NCBI GenBank assembly: GCA_002839825.1
Contig: PGYU01000002.1
Location: 69,962 to 133,961 of the forward strand
Direction: 5' to 3'
Source: Ignavibacteriae bacterium HGW-Ignavibacteriae-1
Lineage (GTDB): Bacteria; Bacteroidota; Ignavibacteria; Kapaibacteriales; UBA2268
DNA length: 64,000 nucleotides
Shown: piece by piece, positions 46,836-57,506 of the stretch
Numbering within the stretch: position 1 is the first letter of the stretch
How the letters are laid out: each line of letters begins with the position of its first letter
Program-made: the position numbers and the translations under genes
Notes under the pieces: model-generated
Told to the model about the DNA's origin: nothing
The model's database searches: none
Seen by the model: the letters and a program-made list of their open reading frames with translations, nothing else

Positions 46836-48041
46836 ATGGCAAAAGAAAAATTTGATCGCAGTAAACCCCACGTCAACGTAGGAACAATTGGTCACGTTGA
46901 TCACGGTAAGACTACTTTAACAGCAGCCATCACAATGGCGTTGTCGAAACAACAAGGTGGCGAGAAGAGAACATTTGATTCGATAGATAACGCACCGGAA
47001 GAAAAAGCACGCGGGATCACTATTGCTACAGCCCACGTAGAGTACCAAACAGAAGCAAGACACTATGCTCACGTTGATTGCCCCGGCCACGCCGATTATA
47101 TCAAAAACATGATCACTGGTGCTGCTCAAATGGACGGTGCAATATTGGTATGTGCAGCAACAGATGGACCTATGCCACAAACACGCGAACATATCCTCTT
47201 GGCTCGCCAAGTAGGTGTACCTCGTATCGTTGTGTTTATGAACAAAGTGGATATTGCTGACCCTGAGTTGTTGGAACTTGTCGAAATGGAATTACGTGAA
47301 TTATTGACAAGCTACAATTTCCCCGGCGACGATATTCCGATCATCCCAGGCTCTGCATTACATGCTTTGGATGCCGGAGCTGAAGATGCTCCACTTGATG
47401 ACCCAAGATTTGATTGTATTTGGGCTTTGATGAAAGCTGTTGATGATTACATCCCAACTCCATTACGTGAAACCGAAAAACCATTCTTGATGCCCGTCGA
47501 AGACGTGTTCTCAATTACAGGTCGCGGTACAGTAGGAACAGGACGTATCGAACGCGGTATCGTAAAAGTAAACGAAGAAGTTGAAATCGTAGGATTCGGC
47601 TTGCAAAAGAAAACAATTTGTACCGGCGTAGAAATGTTCCGTAAGTTGTTGGATGAAGGTCGTGCAGGCGATAACGTAGGTTTGTTGCTTCGCGGTGTTG
47701 ACAAAAATGAACTCGAACGTGGAATGGTAATCGTAAAACCCGGTTCAATCAAACCACACCATAAATTTAATGCACAGGTTTACGTTTTGAAGAAAGAAGA
47801 AGGCGGACGTCACACTCCATTCTTCTCGGGTTATCGCCCGCAATTCTACTTCAGAACAACAGACGTAACAGGCTCACTAACTATGCCCGCAGGCGTAGAA
47901 ATGGTTATGCCCGGTGACAACTTAGACAGCATCGAAATCGAATTGATTACTCCCGTAGGTATGGAAGAGGGATTGAGATTCGCTATTCGCGAAGGTGGTC
48001 GTACAGTAGGCGCCGGTGTCGTAACAAAAATTTTAGAATAA
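46836..48041 (+). CDS. tuf: Elongation factor Tu
   Basis: Contains [40 protein letters not shown] and NKVD. Confidence 0.98.
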   Translation: MAKEKFDRSKPHVNVGTIGHVDHGKTTLTAAITMALSKQQGGEKRTFDSIDNAPEEKARGITIATAHVEYQTEARHYAHVDCPGHADYIKNMITGAAQMDGAILVCAATDGPMPQTREHILLARQVGVPRIVVFMNKVDIADPELLELVEMELRELLTSYNFPGDDIPIIPGSALHALDAGAEDAPLDDPRFDCIWALMKAVDDYIPTPLRETEKPFLMPVEDVFSITGRGTVGTGRIERGIVKVNEEVEIVGFGLQKKTICTGVEMFRKLLDEGRAGDNVGLLLRGVDKNELERGMVIVKPGSIKPHHKFNAQVYVLKKEEGGRHTPFFSGYRPQFYFRTTDVTGSLTMPAGVEMVMPGDNLDSIEIELITPVGMEEGLRFAIREGGRTVGAGVVTKILE

Positions 48042-48097
48042 TATTGAATCAAGCCGGATCAAGCTGGTTGAAATAAATAATTGTCAAGGATATAAAC

Positions 48098-48406
48098 GTG
48101 GCAACACAAAGAATTAGAATTAAGCTAAAGTCTTACGACCATAACTTAATCGACAAATCATCCGAACGTATAGTTCGTACCGTTAAGCAAACGGGAGCAG
48201 TGGTCTCCGGACCTATCCCATTGCCGACAAGAAGAAGCGTTTACACGGTAAATCGTTCTCCTCATGTTGACAAGAAATCACGTGAGCAATTTGAGACCAG
48301 GGTCCATAAAAGATTGATTGATATTTTCAGCTCGACCCAGAAGACAATTGACGCCTTGATGCGTCTTGAGCTTCCGGCAGGTGTAGATGTTGAAGTAAAA
48401 GTGTAA
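48098..48406 (+). CDS. rpsJ: 30S ribosomal protein S10
   Basis: Contains [18 protein letters not shown] and GPIPLPT. GTG start. Confidence 0.97.
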   Translation: MATQRIRIKLKSYDHNLIDKSSERIVRTVKQTGAVVSGPIPLPTRRSVYTVNRSPHVDKKSREQFETRVHKRLIDIFSSTQKTIDALMRLELPAGVDVEVKV

Positions 48407-48422
48407 AGTAGAAGGAGCAGAA

Positions 48423-49046
48423 ATGAAATCGGCAATCTTAGGAAAGAAAATAGGGATGACCAGCGTTTTTACGGAAAACGGTACTCAAGTGCCAGTTACC
48501 GTAATCGAAGCCGGACCCTGCACGGTAGTTAATCTGCGTACGATAGATCGTGATGGCTACAAAGCTGTACAAATTGGTTATGGCGAAGTTCGTGAGAACA
48601 AACTAAATAAACCAGATAAGGGATATTTCGCTAAACAAGGCGTAGAACCTGTCAAAATGTTAAAAGAATTTCGTGACCCAAAAAATACTTACGAAGTTGG
48701 GCAAGAATTAACTGTCGGACAATTTGAAATTGGAGATAAAGTTAATGTTGTTGCTACAAGTAAGGGACGCGGATTCCAAGGCGTAATGAAACGTCACCAC
48801 TTTGGTGGTGTCGGTATGGGAACGCACGGTCAAAGCGACAGACAACGTCACCCGGGCTCTATCGGCTCATCGTCCTATCCTTCACGCGTATTTAAAGGTA
48901 TGCGGATGGCTGGAAGAATGGGTGGCAAAAGAATTTCGATAAGAAATATCCAGGTCTTTGATATTCTGCCGGAAAGAAACATTATCTTGTTGAAAGGCAG
49001 TATTCCAGGACCAAACAATTCAGTAATTCAAATAGTTAAGTTATAA
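48423..49046 (+). CDS. rplC: 50S ribosomal protein L3
   Basis: Contains [26 protein letters not shown] and [13 protein letters not shown]. Confidence 0.97.
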   Translation: MKSAILGKKIGMTSVFTENGTQVPVTVIEAGPCTVVNLRTIDRDGYKAVQIGYGEVRENKLNKPDKGYFAKQGVEPVKMLKEFRDPKNTYEVGQELTVGQFEIGDKVNVVATSKGRGFQGVMKRHHFGGVGMGTHGQSDRQRHPGSIGSSSYPSRVFKGMRMAGRMGGKRISIRNIQVFDILPERNIILLKGSIPGPNNSVIQIVKL

Positions 49047-49054
49047 GGCTGAAA

Positions 49055-49681
49055 ATGACAGTAGATGTATATAATAAAGACGGTCAAATAAGCAGTCAAA
49101 TCGAACTGAGCGACGATATCTTCGGGATTACTCCCAACGAGAACGCCATGCACCAAGCAGTTGTTGCTTACTTGGCAAATCGCAGACAGGGTACTCGTAA
49201 GACTAAAATTAGAAGCGAAGTTTCGGGCGGCGGTAAAAAACCATGGAGACAAAAGGGTCGCGGCACAGCTCGTGCAGGCTCGACAAGGTCACCAATATGG
49301 GTCGGAGGCGGTACCATTCATGGACCTAAACCTCATGACTATAAATACAAAATGCCCAAGCAACTCGCACGATTGGCTCGTAAGTCAGCTTTTGCAGCAA
49401 GATTGTCGGAAGATAACTTGATTGTAGTCGAGGACTTCACATTCGAGCAAATTAAAACAAAGAATATGGCACAAGTGCTGAAAAATTTGAAAGTTGATAC
49501 AGATAAATCTTTGGTACTAATGACCGACGCAGACAACAATGTTTATATGTCGGCACGTAATATCCCCAATCTGACTTGTCAGCCTGTGGATAAGATATCA
49601 ACTTACGATATTTTAAATCATAAGAAGATATTGCTCTTCAAAGGTGCACTTAGTAATATCGAAAAGACTTTCAATAATTAA
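49055..49681 (+). CDS. rplD: 50S ribosomal protein L4
   Basis: Contains SGGGKKPWRQKGRGTARAGSTRSPIWVGGG. Confidence 0.97.
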   Translation: MTVDVYNKDGQISSQIELSDDIFGITPNENAMHQAVVAYLANRRQGTRKTKIRSEVSGGGKKPWRQKGRGTARAGSTRSPIWVGGGTIHGPKPHDYKYKMPKQLARLARKSAFAARLSEDNLIVVEDFTFEQIKTKNMAQVLKNLKVDTDKSLVLMTDADNNVYMSARNIPNLTCQPVDKISTYDILNHKKILLFKGALSNIEKTFNN

Positions 49682-49696
49682 AGGTCCATAAGAGAA

Positions 49697-50002
49697 ATGA
49701 TACAGTTAATAAAAAAACCTTTGATAACCGAAAAAGCCATGAATTTGGCAAGTCAAAGACAATACGTCTTTGAGGTTCATCCAAGTGCTAATAAGATTCA
49801 AATTCGTAAAGCACTCGAGGAAATGTTTGAAGTAAATATAATTTCAATCAGAACCACAAATATCAAAGGTAAAAACAAAACGAAAATGACGCGTCGCGGG
49901 ATGATGCGTGGCAAGACTTCGCTGAAGAAGAAAGCTTATATTACGCTCGCAGTAGGACAAGAGATTGAACTCGTATCAGGTGTCGGTTCAGACACTGAAT
50001 AA
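49697..50002 (+). CDS. rplW: 50S ribosomal protein L23
   Basis: Contains KPLITEKAMNL...YVFEVHPSANKIQIRKALEEMFEV. Confidence 0.95.
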   Translation: MIQLIKKPLITEKAMNLASQRQYVFEVHPSANKIQIRKALEEMFEVNIISIRTTNIKGKNKTKMTRRGMMRGKTSLKKKAYITLAVGQEIELVSGVGSDTE

Positions 50003-50031
50003 TTTTTGAAAAAAATCAAGAGATTTAAGAA

Positions 50032-50871
50032 ATGGCAATCAGAGTACTAAAACCAATAACGCCCGGAACGAGATTTTACTCGGTAAGTGCTTTCAATGAA
50101 ATCACTACTGATAAAGCCCATAAAGCGTTGACCGAGCCTTTGAAAAAATCAGGCGGTAGAAATAATACCGGCAAGATTACTTCAAGGCACCGTGGCGGCG
50201 GGCATAAAAGAAGATATAGAATAATTGACTTCAAAAGGGACAAACGCGGTATCAAAGCAGAAGTGAAAACGATCGAATACGATCCGAATCGTAACGCTCG
50301 CATAGCTTTAGTCGAATATACTGATGGCGATATAAGATATATTATCGCTCCCGATAAAATAAAAGTCGGACATATTATAGAAGCAGGTCCGGACGTAGAG
50401 TATAAAGACGGTAACGCTTTACCACTCAGCAAAATTCCTGTAGGATTGTTCATACACAATATTGAACTCAAACCAGGCAAAGGAGCTCAAATTGCAAGAA
50501 GTGCAGGCACCTCTTCGCAGCTTGTATCTAATGATGGAAAATATGCTCAGGTGAAAATGCCATCGGGTGAAATTAGAATGATTCTAAATACATGCTATGC
50601 AACACTCGGAACGGTATCAAACTCAGAATACGAAAACATACTTTGGGGTAAAGCCGGCAGGTTACGCTGGAAAGGTGTTCGCCCTCAAACTCGCGGTATT
50701 GCGATGAACCCAGTTGACCACCCAATGGGCGGCGGCGAAGGTGCATCAAAATCAGGCGGTGGTCGTCAACATCCACGCTCGCCTTGGGGCAAGTATGCCA
50801 AAGGTGGAAATACTCGTAAAAAGCGTAATGCTTCGGATAAGTTCATAGTTCGTTCAAGAAAATCAAAATAG
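50032..50871 (+). CDS. rplB: 50S ribosomal protein L2
   Basis: Contains [22 protein letters not shown] and [12 protein letters not shown]. Confidence 0.98.
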   Translation: MAIRVLKPITPGTRFYSVSAFNEITTDKAHKALTEPLKKSGGRNNTGKITSRHRGGGHKRRYRIIDFKRDKRGIKAEVKTIEYDPNRNARIALVEYTDGDIRYIIAPDKIKVGHIIEAGPDVEYKDGNALPLSKIPVGLFIHNIELKPGKGAQIARSAGTSSQLVSNDGKYAQVKMPSGEIRMILNTCYATLGTVSNSEYENILWGKAGRLRWKGVRPQTRGIAMNPVDHPMGGGEGASKSGGGRQHPRSPWGKYAKGGNTRKKRNASDKFIVRSRKSK

Positions 50872-50884
50872 TCAAGGATAAGTA

Positions 50885-51172
50885 ATGTCACGTTCACTTA
50901 AAAAGGGTATTTTCATAAGCTACAAGCTCGTAGAAAAGGTTGATGCTTTGAATGCTCAAAACAAAAAACAAGTAATAAAAACTTGGTCGAGAGCCTCGAC
51001 TATCACACCGGAGTTTGTGGGACATACTGTAGCTGTGCATAACGGCAAGAATTTCATCCCGGTGTACGTTACAGAAAATATGGTAGGTCATAAATTCGGC
51101 GAATTTTCTCCTACTCGAATTTACAGAGGCCATGCAGGCCACAGAAAAGAACAACGTTCTGCAAAGAAATAA
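50885..51172 (+). CDS. rpsS: 30S ribosomal protein S19
   Basis: Contains [39 protein letters not shown]. Confidence 0.97.
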   Translation: MSRSLKKGIFISYKLVEKVDALNAQNKKQVIKTWSRASTITPEFVGHTVAVHNGKNFIPVYVTENMVGHKFGEFSPTRIYRGHAGHRKEQRSAKK

Positions 51173-51187
51173 TAAAGGACCTGAAAA

Positions 51188-51580
51188 ATGCAAGCCAGAG
51201 CTTTGAAAAGATATATACCGTCATCGCCGTTAAAGATGAAAATCGTGATTGACCAAATTCGCGGCAAAAATGCAGCTGAAGCGCTTATTATACTTCGGTT
51301 TACTCCGAAACACGCCGCTAAAGTTGCTGAGCAAACACTCAGGTCGGCTATATCTAACTTAAATGTTAAAGCAGAATTAGCCGAAACGACGATTAATGAC
51401 GATGAGGTCTTTGTAAAAGAAGTTTATGTAAACCAAGGACCAAGCATGAGACGAGTACTTCCCGCACCAATGGGACGTGCTTACAGAATCAAGAAGCGCT
51501 CTAATCACTTGACAATTGTGGTTGCAACACCCGAAGTCGCTGATGAAGTTGCTTTGTCTGATAACAAAGATACAAACTAA
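51188..51580 (+). CDS. rplV: 50S ribosomal protein L22
   Basis: Contains SPLKMKIVIDQIRGKNAAEAL.IL.F and GPSMRRVLPAPMGRAY.I.KR..H. Confidence 0.96.
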   Translation: MQARALKRYIPSSPLKMKIVIDQIRGKNAAEALIILRFTPKHAAKVAEQTLRSAISNLNVKAELAETTINDDEVFVKEVYVNQGPSMRRVLPAPMGRAYRIKKRSNHLTIVVATPEVADEVALSDNKDTN

Positions 51581-51591
51581 GGAGTTATAAA

Positions 51592-52236
51592 TTGGGACAG
51601 AAGACAAATCCGATAGGTCTAAGATTAGGTATAATCCGAGGTTGGGATGCCAATTGGTTCGACGAACGAAATATTGCAGAAAAATTGTCGGAAGACATCA
51701 AGGTTCGCAGCTATATTCGTAATCGTAAGAAAAAAGCGGGCATTTCGCGAATCTTAGTCGAAAGGACTGCAAAACAGTTGAGAATTACAATCAATACCTC
51801 ACGCCCCGGTGTAATCATCGGTCGCTCAGGAAAAGATATAACTCAATTGGAAGAAGAATTGAAAAAATTGACAGGCAAAGATGTCAAAATCTTAATCAGC
51901 GAAATTAAACGCCCGGAATTAGATGCTTTGCTTGTAGCCGAAAACATAGCCCAACAATTGGAAGGCAGAATATCATTCCGTCGTGCGATGAAACAATCAG
52001 TTTCTTCGACAATGAGAATGGGAGCACAAGGAATCAGAATTATGTGCGCAGGAAGATTGGGCGGAGCAGAAATGGCTCGTACAGAGCAATACAAAGAAGG
52101 CAGAATACCCCTTCATACTTTAAGAGCCGATATTGATTACGGCACAGCTGAAGCACAAACAATCTATGGTATCATTGGTATCAAAGTTTGGATTTGCAAA
52201 GGCGAAATAATCGGAAAACAACAGTCAGATAAATAG
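51592..52236 (+). CDS. rpsC: 30S ribosomal protein S3
   Basis: Contains GQKTNPIGLRLGI, a KH domain and RLGGAEMARTE. TTG start. Confidence 0.97.
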   Translation: MGQKTNPIGLRLGIIRGWDANWFDERNIAEKLSEDIKVRSYIRNRKKKAGISRILVERTAKQLRITINTSRPGVIIGRSGKDITQLEEELKKLTGKDVKILISEIKRPELDALLVAENIAQQLEGRISFRRAMKQSVSSTMRMGAQGIRIMCAGRLGGAEMARTEQYKEGRIPLHTLRADIDYGTAEAQTIYGIIGIKVWICKGEIIGKQQSDK

Positions 52237-52248
52237 ACGGATAAAATC

Positions 52249-52665
52249 ATGCTTTCACCAAAGAGAGTTAAAAGACGTAAGACGTTTCGCGGCAGAATGA
52301 AAGGTAAAGCTTTCAGGGGTTCGACAGTAACATTCGGTTCATTCGGTCTCAAAGCGATGGAGCCACATTGGCTAACCAATCGCCAGATTGAATCAGCACG
52401 TATTGCTATCAATCGTTACCTTAAACGCGACGGTAAAGTTTGGATAAGAATATTTCCCGACAAACCTTACACGAAAAAACCGGCAGAAACACGTATGGGT
52501 AAGGGTAAAGGTAGCCCTGAAGGTTGGGTAGCAGTAGTTCGCCCGGGCAGAATATTGTTCGAAGTGGACGGTGTAACCCGCGAAGCCGCCGAAGAAGCTA
52601 TGAGATTGGCTTCACATAAATTGCCTATAAAAACAAAATTTGTAACACGTATAGATTTGGCTTGA
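52249..52665 (+). CDS. rplP: 50S ribosomal protein L16
   Basis: Contains [19 protein letters not shown] and [19 protein letters not shown]. Confidence 0.97.
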   Translation: MLSPKRVKRRKTFRGRMKGKAFRGSTVTFGSFGLKAMEPHWLTNRQIESARIAINRYLKRDGKVWIRIFPDKPYTKKPAETRMGKGKGSPEGWVAVVRPGRILFEVDGVTREAAEEAMRLASHKLPIKTKFVTRIDLA

Positions 52666-52668
52666 GAT

Positions 52669-52881
52669 ATGAAACAACGTAAAGCCGCTGATTTGAAAGA
52701 ATTGACGCCTGAGGAACTTTTGATGCTCCTCGATGAGTCGCGAGAAACGCTTTCTAAGCAAACTTTTCAGCACGCTCTGAAACAACTTCACGATACTTCG
52801 TATCTGAAAGTGTTGCGTAGAGATGTTGCAAGGATAAACACTATTTTAAATGAACGTAATAGAGCGAATCAAAATGGATAA
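52669..52881 (+). CDS. rpmC: 50S ribosomal protein L29
   Basis: 70-aa helical hairpin with LKELTPEEL...L and [18 protein letters not shown]. Operon position supports the call. Confidence 0.93.
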   Translation: MKQRKAADLKELTPEELLMLLDESRETLSKQTFQHALKQLHDTSYLKVLRRDVARINTILNERNRANQNG

Positions 52882-53206
52882 TAACGAGGAAATGTTGACA
52901 GCTGCAAGCGGCAACGAAGTAATTGCCCAAACTGCTCCATCCGGTGATGCCGAGTATAAAACTCATAAGAGAATACTTCTTGGCAAAGTTAGCTCGAACA
53001 AAGCCGACAAAACAATCATCGTTAGTGTAGTTCGCCAAATCCAACATCCGCTTTATAAAAAGTATTATAAACGGACAAATAGATTTATGGCTCACGACCC
53101 CGAGAACACTTGCAAACCGGGCGATATTGTGAAAATTAAGGAGTGCCGTCCCTTGAGTGCCAAGAAAAGATGGACTCTAATTGAAATTGTTGAACGCGCT
53201 AAATAA
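52874..53206 (+). CDS. rpsQ: 30S ribosomal protein S17 with about 25-aa N-terminal extension
   Basis: Contains RILLGKVSSNKADKTIIVSV and HDPENTCKPGDIVKIKECRPLSAKKRW. The ATG at 52874 overlaps the rpmC stop by 8 nt; the ORF-track ATG at 52850 is less likely. Confidence 0.93.
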   Translation: MDNNEEMLTAASGNEVIAQTAPSGDAEYKTHKRILLGKVSSNKADKTIIVSVVRQIQHPLYKKYYKRTNRFMAHDPENTCKPGDIVKIKECRPLSAKKRWTLIEIVERAK

Positions 53207-53219
53207 TCAGGAGTGAGAA

Positions 53220-53588
53220 ATGGTACAAGAAGAAACTAATCTGATAGTTGCTGATAACTCTGGAGCAAAAAAAATTAGAGTAATCCGCGTCTTAGGAGGT
53301 CATGGCAAACGCTATGCTTCACTCGGCGATGTGATTGTAGCGGCTGTAAAATCGGCTATCCCCAATGGGGCTGTCAAAAAAGGACAAGTAGTCAAAGCAG
53401 TTATCGTTCGTACAGCAAAAGAAGTCGGCAGACGCGACGGTTCGTATATCCGTTTTGATGATAATGCTGCTGTAATTCTTAACGATAAAGGCGAACCACG
53501 CGGTACTCGTATCTTCGGACCGGTTGCACGTGAACTTCGCGAAAAAAATTATATGAAAATTGTGTCTTTAGCTCCTGAAGTAATCTAA
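53220..53588 (+). CDS. rplN: 50S ribosomal protein L14
   Basis: Contains [18 protein letters not shown] and IRFDDNAAV. Confidence 0.98.
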   Translation: MVQEETNLIVADNSGAKKIRVIRVLGGHGKRYASLGDVIVAAVKSAIPNGAVKKGQVVKAVIVRTAKEVGRRDGSYIRFDDNAAVILNDKGEPRGTRIFGPVARELREKNYMKIVSLAPEVI

Positions 53589-53601
53589 GAAAGGTGACCA
53601 A

Positions 53602-53922
53602 ATGAAGATAAAAATTAAGAAAAATGATACTGTAATGGTAATTACGGGCGACGACAAAGGCAAATCAGGCAGAGTTCTTGATGTGAATGCTAAGAAACAG
53701 ACCGTCCTTATAGAAGGCATCAACATTCATATCAAACATCAACGTCCTAACCAACGCAACCAACAAGGTGGCAGGACAAGTATGGAATTCCCTATTCATT
53801 ACTCTAATGTAATGTTGCTCGATTCTGACAAAAATCCTACTCGCGTAGGGTTCGCCAGAGAAACTAAAGGCAATAGAACCCAAGTTGTTCGTATCGCCAA
53901 AACAAACGGTAAAGCTATTTAA
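53602..53922 (+). CDS. rplX: 50S ribosomal protein L24
   Basis: Contains IKKNDTVMVITGDDKGKSGRVL, a KOW motif. Operon position supports the call. Confidence 0.96.
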   Translation: MKIKIKKNDTVMVITGDDKGKSGRVLDVNAKKQTVLIEGINIHIKHQRPNQRNQQGGRTSMEFPIHYSNVMLLDSDKNPTRVGFARETKGNRTQVVRIAKTNGKAI

Positions 53923-53947
53923 GAAATAATTGAGAATGTGAATTAAA

Positions 53948-54613
53948 ATGGCAGTAAACAAGAAAGCACAACCGGCGCAATCCGGAAAAGCCGCCGCCAA
54001 AAAAGGCGACTTCACTCCCGAAGGCAAACGGCTCGAAGATGTTCCGGCGGGTAAACCTCCGGTACCGAGATTATTCGAATTCTATAAAGATTCGGTAATA
54101 CCTGTATTGATGAAAAGATTTGAATTCAAATCCATCATGCAAGTTCCAAGACTCGAAAAGATTTGCCTCAACATTGGGGTTGGCGATGCCACTCAAGATT
54201 TGAAGTTGTTGCAAAATGCTATCAATGAGCTTGAATTGATTGCAGGTCAACGCCCCGTAGTCAGAAAAGCCAAAAAGGCGATTTCGAACTTTAAACTTCG
54301 TCAAGGTATGCCTATCGGATGTATGGTAACGCTACGTGGACCAAGAATGTATGAATTCCTTGATAGATTCATCAATATCGCCTCACCACGTATTCGCGAC
54401 TTTAGAGGGTTCCCCGACAAAAGTTTCGACGGACGAGGTAATTATACTTTGGGTATCAAAGAACAAATCATTTTCCCGGAAATTGATGTTGATAAAGTAA
54501 ATCGCATCACCGGATTTGATGTAACTTTCGTAATACGCTCAGCATCGGACGAAGAATCGCACGCTTTGCTAAGTGAATTCGGCTTCCCATTCAAGAAGAA
54601 ACAAAATTTATAA
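53948..54613 (+). CDS. rplE: 50S ribosomal protein L5 with about 40-aa N-terminal extension
   Basis: The core is [34 protein letters not shown]...ITGFDVTFV. It is preceded by the Lys/Ala/Pro-rich [40 protein letters not shown]. Confidence 0.95.
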   Translation: MAVNKKAQPAQSGKAAAKKGDFTPEGKRLEDVPAGKPPVPRLFEFYKDSVIPVLMKRFEFKSIMQVPRLEKICLNIGVGDATQDLKLLQNAINELELIAGQRPVVRKAKKAISNFKLRQGMPIGCMVTLRGPRMYEFLDRFINIASPRIRDFRGFPDKSFDGRGNYTLGIKEQIIFPEIDVDKVNRITGFDVTFVIRSASDEESHALLSEFGFPFKKKQNL

Positions 54614-54632
54614 TATATAAGTAATAATATCT

Positions 54633-54902
54633 ATGGCAAAAAATTCGGTTATAGCAAGAAATCGCAAAAGGCAAAGATTGGTTGAAAAATACCAAGCTAA
54701 ACGCGATGAACTTAAAGCTGCAGGAGATTGGGAAGGTTTACAAAAACTTCCGCGAAACAGTGCACCGACAAGAGTAGTAAGTCGTTGCTCGGTCACCGGA
54801 CGAGGCAGAGCTGTCTATCGTAAATATGGGCTTTGCAGAAATGTATTTAGACAAATGGCACTCGAAGGGAAACTCCCAGGTGTGCGTAAGGCAAGTTGGT
54901 AA
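54633..54902 (+). CDS. rpsN: 30S ribosomal protein S14 (long, non-zinc form)
   Basis: 89 aa. Contains [39 protein letters not shown]. Confidence 0.96.
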   Translation: MAKNSVIARNRKRQRLVEKYQAKRDELKAAGDWEGLQKLPRNSAPTRVVSRCSVTGRGRAVYRKYGLCRNVFRQMALEGKLPGVRKASW

Positions 54903-54923
54903 AATTTATTCAGGTTAGTTAAT

Positions 54924-55319
54924 ATGCCGGTTACAGATCAAATATCAGACTTTTTAACAAGAGTCAGAAACGCAGGGCAAGCAGGGCACAAATATGTAGA
55001 TGCGCCATGTTCAAAGATGAAACTTGCCATTGCCGAAATCTTGAAAGACCAAGGTTTCATTGCAGACTTCGAAAAAATTGAAGAAGGTCCGCAAGGATTA
55101 GTACGTGTTCAGCTTAGATATTATAAGAGAAAACACGTTATCAAAAAAGTTGTCCGCATTTCAAAACCCGGAAGGCGAGTTTACGCCCCGGTAGAGAAAT
55201 TGCCCCGTGTTTACAACGGCTTAGGTATAGCTATTGTATCTACATCCAAAGGTGTTATGACCGGGAAACAAGCCCGTAAATTTAATGTCGGTGGCGAAAT
55301 TCTTTGTACAGTTTGGTAA
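54924..55319 (+). CDS. rpsH: 30S ribosomal protein S8
   Basis: Contains DQISDFLTRVRNAGQAGH and GIAIVSTSKGVMT...AR...VGGE.LC.VW. Confidence 0.97.
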   Translation: MPVTDQISDFLTRVRNAGQAGHKYVDAPCSKMKLAIAEILKDQGFIADFEKIEEGPQGLVRVQLRYYKRKHVIKKVVRISKPGRRVYAPVEKLPRVYNGLGIAIVSTSKGVMTGKQARKFNVGGEILCTVW

Positions 55320-55341
55320 TTTTTTAAATTAGGAGTATATT

Positions 55342-55881
55342 GTGTCGAGGATTGGAAAAATGCCCATACCCGTACCTGCAAAGGTAAAGCTCACAATTGA
55401 TGAGCAACTCATCAGAGCCAAGGGTCCATTGGGCGAATTAGAGTTTAAAGTGCCCGATGTAATCAAGTTCAGTCTTGATGGCGACGTCTTGACGTTCGAC
55501 AGAGGGAGCAACGAAAAACATGTCCGAGCTTTGCACGGTTTATCACGTGCCTTGACTGCCAATATTATCGAAGGTGTTTCTACAGGATTCACAAAAACTT
55601 TGATTATAGAAGGTGTCGGCTTCAGAGCTGAGTTGAAAGGCGATAGATTGCTGTTGACATTAGGTTTTTCGCATACGATATTAGTAATTCCCCCACCGGA
55701 TATTACTTTCGAGTTGGCAAGCCCTACAAATTTGAAAATTAAGGGCATAGACAAACAATTAGTCGGGATGATTGCCGCAAAAATTAGAAAAATGCGCCCA
55801 CCCGAACCATACAAAGGCAAAGGTGTTCGTTACGAAGGTGAGTTTATACGCCGTAAAGCAGGTAAAACTTCCGCTAAGTAA
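55342..55881 (+). CDS. rplF: 50S ribosomal protein L6
   Basis: Contains SRIGKMPIPVPAKVK and PEPYKGKGVRYEGE.I.RK.GK. GTG start. Confidence 0.97.
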   Translation: MSRIGKMPIPVPAKVKLTIDEQLIRAKGPLGELEFKVPDVIKFSLDGDVLTFDRGSNEKHVRALHGLSRALTANIIEGVSTGFTKTLIIEGVGFRAELKGDRLLLTLGFSHTILVIPPPDITFELASPTNLKIKGIDKQLVGMIAAKIRKMRPPEPYKGKGVRYEGEFIRRKAGKTSAK

Positions 55882-55915
55882 TTGATAAATCTTAATCAAT
55901 CAGCAAGAGAAAAAT

Positions 55916-56287
55916 ATGAAAATAATAAAATTAAGAGCACAACGCAAAGAAAGACGCAAAAAACACGTGCGTAAAAGTATCTTCGGTACTCCTGACAGAC
56001 TGAGATTAACCGTCTTTAGAAGTTTATCGAATATATATGCCCAAGTGATTAACGACGTTGACGGCGTTACGCTCGTCTCGGCATCCTCGATAGACAAGGA
56101 TATAAAGGCGAAAATTACTCCGGAAATGACTAAAGTCCAATTGAGCGAATTAGTCGGCAGTGAAGTAGCCAAAAAAGCTTTAGCATCACAAATAACAAAA
56201 GTAGCATTCGACAGAAACGGCTATATTTATCACGGTAGAATCAAGGCACTTGCTGACGCCGCGAGAAAAGCCGGTTTGGAATTTTAA
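55916..56287 (+). CDS. rplR: 50S ribosomal protein L18
   Basis: Contains [17 protein letters not shown] and [26 protein letters not shown]. Confidence 0.97.
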   Translation: MKIIKLRAQRKERRKKHVRKSIFGTPDRLRLTVFRSLSNIYAQVINDVDGVTLVSASSIDKDIKAKITPEMTKVQLSELVGSEVAKKALASQITKVAFDRNGYIYHGRIKALADAARKAGLEF

Positions 56288-56304
56288 TCAGAAAGGAGCG
56301 ATAA

Positions 56305-56808
56305 GTGGCAAACTTCAAATTATCAGATCTTGATTTAAGCGATAAATTAGTATATGTAGGTAGAACCGCCAAAGTTGTAAAAGGTGGCAGACGTTTCAAT
56401 TTCTCTGCTTTGGTCGTCGTAGGTGACGGCAAAGGGCACGTAGGTTTCGGGCTTGGAAAAGCCAGTGAAGTTGTTGATGCTGTTACTAAAGCTACTGAAG
56501 CGGCTAAAAAAAGCGTCGTTAAGGTTAGATTGTCCAAAAACACTATTCCGCATGAAGTTATCGGCAAGTACGGTGCTGCGAAAGTGTTAATCAAACCCGC
56601 ATCGGCAGGTACAGGTGTGATTGCCGCAGGTGGTATTCGCGCTATCTTAGAACTTGCAGGCGTCCAAGATGTACTAACTAAAAGTATGGGTTCTTCTAAT
56701 CCTCACAATACTGTCAAAGCGGCATTGCGTGCATTGGAATCACTCGAAGATGCAAATTCAGTTGCGGCTCGCCGTAATATTTCTGTCGAAAAAGTAATTC
56801 ATGGTTGA
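56305..56808 (+). CDS. rpsE: 30S ribosomal protein S5
   Basis: Contains [34 protein letters not shown] and [23 protein letters not shown] start. Confidence 0.97.
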   Translation: MANFKLSDLDLSDKLVYVGRTAKVVKGGRRFNFSALVVVGDGKGHVGFGLGKASEVVDAVTKATEAAKKSVVKVRLSKNTIPHEVIGKYGAAKVLIKPASAGTGVIAAGGIRAILELAGVQDVLTKSMGSSNPHNTVKAALRALESLEDANSVAARRNISVEKVIHG

Positions 56809-56840
56809 TTTTTATATAACCATAATTGAAAGGTAAAATA

Positions 56841-57026
56841 ATGAGTAAATTGAAAGTAACCCAAGTAAAAAGTGTAATAAAGAGAATGTCTAAGCAGAAA
56901 AAAACTATAGAAGCTTTAGGCTTGGGACGTCCGAGTTATTCCAACACACTTCCCGACAACCCGCAAACGCGTGGTATGATTGAGGTAGTGAAGCATTTAG
57001 TAACAATTGAAGAAGTTTCAGACTAA
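56841..57026 (+). CDS. rpmD: 50S ribosomal protein L30
   Basis: Contains KLKVTQVKSVI....KQKKTIEALGL. I prefer the ATG at 56841 to the TTG at 56826. Confidence 0.93.
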   Translation: MSKLKVTQVKSVIKRMSKQKKTIEALGLGRPSYSNTLPDNPQTRGMIEVVKHLVTIEEVSD

Positions 57027-57044
57027 TAAATTAATGGCATTAAA

Positions 57045-57506
57045 ATGAAACATATAGGAAATCTTAAATACGCCGATGGCGCTAAACACAAATCGAAGAG
57101 AATCGGCAGAGGTGTCGGATCGGGTCACGGCGGTACTGCAACTAAAGGGCACAAAGGGCAAAAATCACGCTCCGGTGCTACTATACGTATCGGATTCGAA
57201 GGCGGTCAAATGCCACTCAACAGAAGACTACCGAAATTCGGTTTCTTCAACAGATTCAGAGTCGAATACCAAATCGTCAACCTTGATACGCTTCAACGTT
57301 TGGTTGATGAAAACAAATTCGAATCTAACAAAGTTGATTTCGATACTTTGATTAATCTCGGCGTCATATCCAAAAAGCGAGTTCCGCTCAAAATTTTGGG
57401 TAACGGCGAATTGACTGCAGCTTTGGAAGTTACCGCACACGGATTTTCGCGTACGGCTAAAGAAAAAATCGAGTCAGTCGGGGGAAAGGTAACGGTAAAT
57501 GAGTAA
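57045..57506 (+). CDS. rplO: 50S ribosomal protein L15
   Basis: Contains KRIGRGVGSGHGGTATKGHKGQKSRSG, FEGGQMPL.RRLPK.GF. Confidence 0.97.
   Translation: MKHIGNLKYADGAKHKSKRIGRGVGSGHGGTATKGHKGQKSRSGATIRIGFEGGQMPLNRRLPKFGFFNRFRVEYQIVNLDTLQRLVDENKFESNKVDFDTLINLGVISKKRVPLKILGNGELTAALEVTAHGFSRTAKEKIESVGGKVTVNE

Noticed and set aside
55329-55820. Long antisense or alternate-frame ORFs inside well-supported genes, e.g. 163 aa opposite rplF, 134 aa opposite rplB (50076-50480), 120 aa opposite rplX/rplE (53665-54027), 175 aa opposite the carboxyltransferase (7146-7673), 157 aa opposite paaB/paaC (2548-3021) and 128 aa in an alternate frame inside the BNR gene (16180-16566)
   Set aside because: Each lies wholly within a gene whose product has unmistakable family signatures. 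Their own translations are low-complexity with no recognisable motifs.
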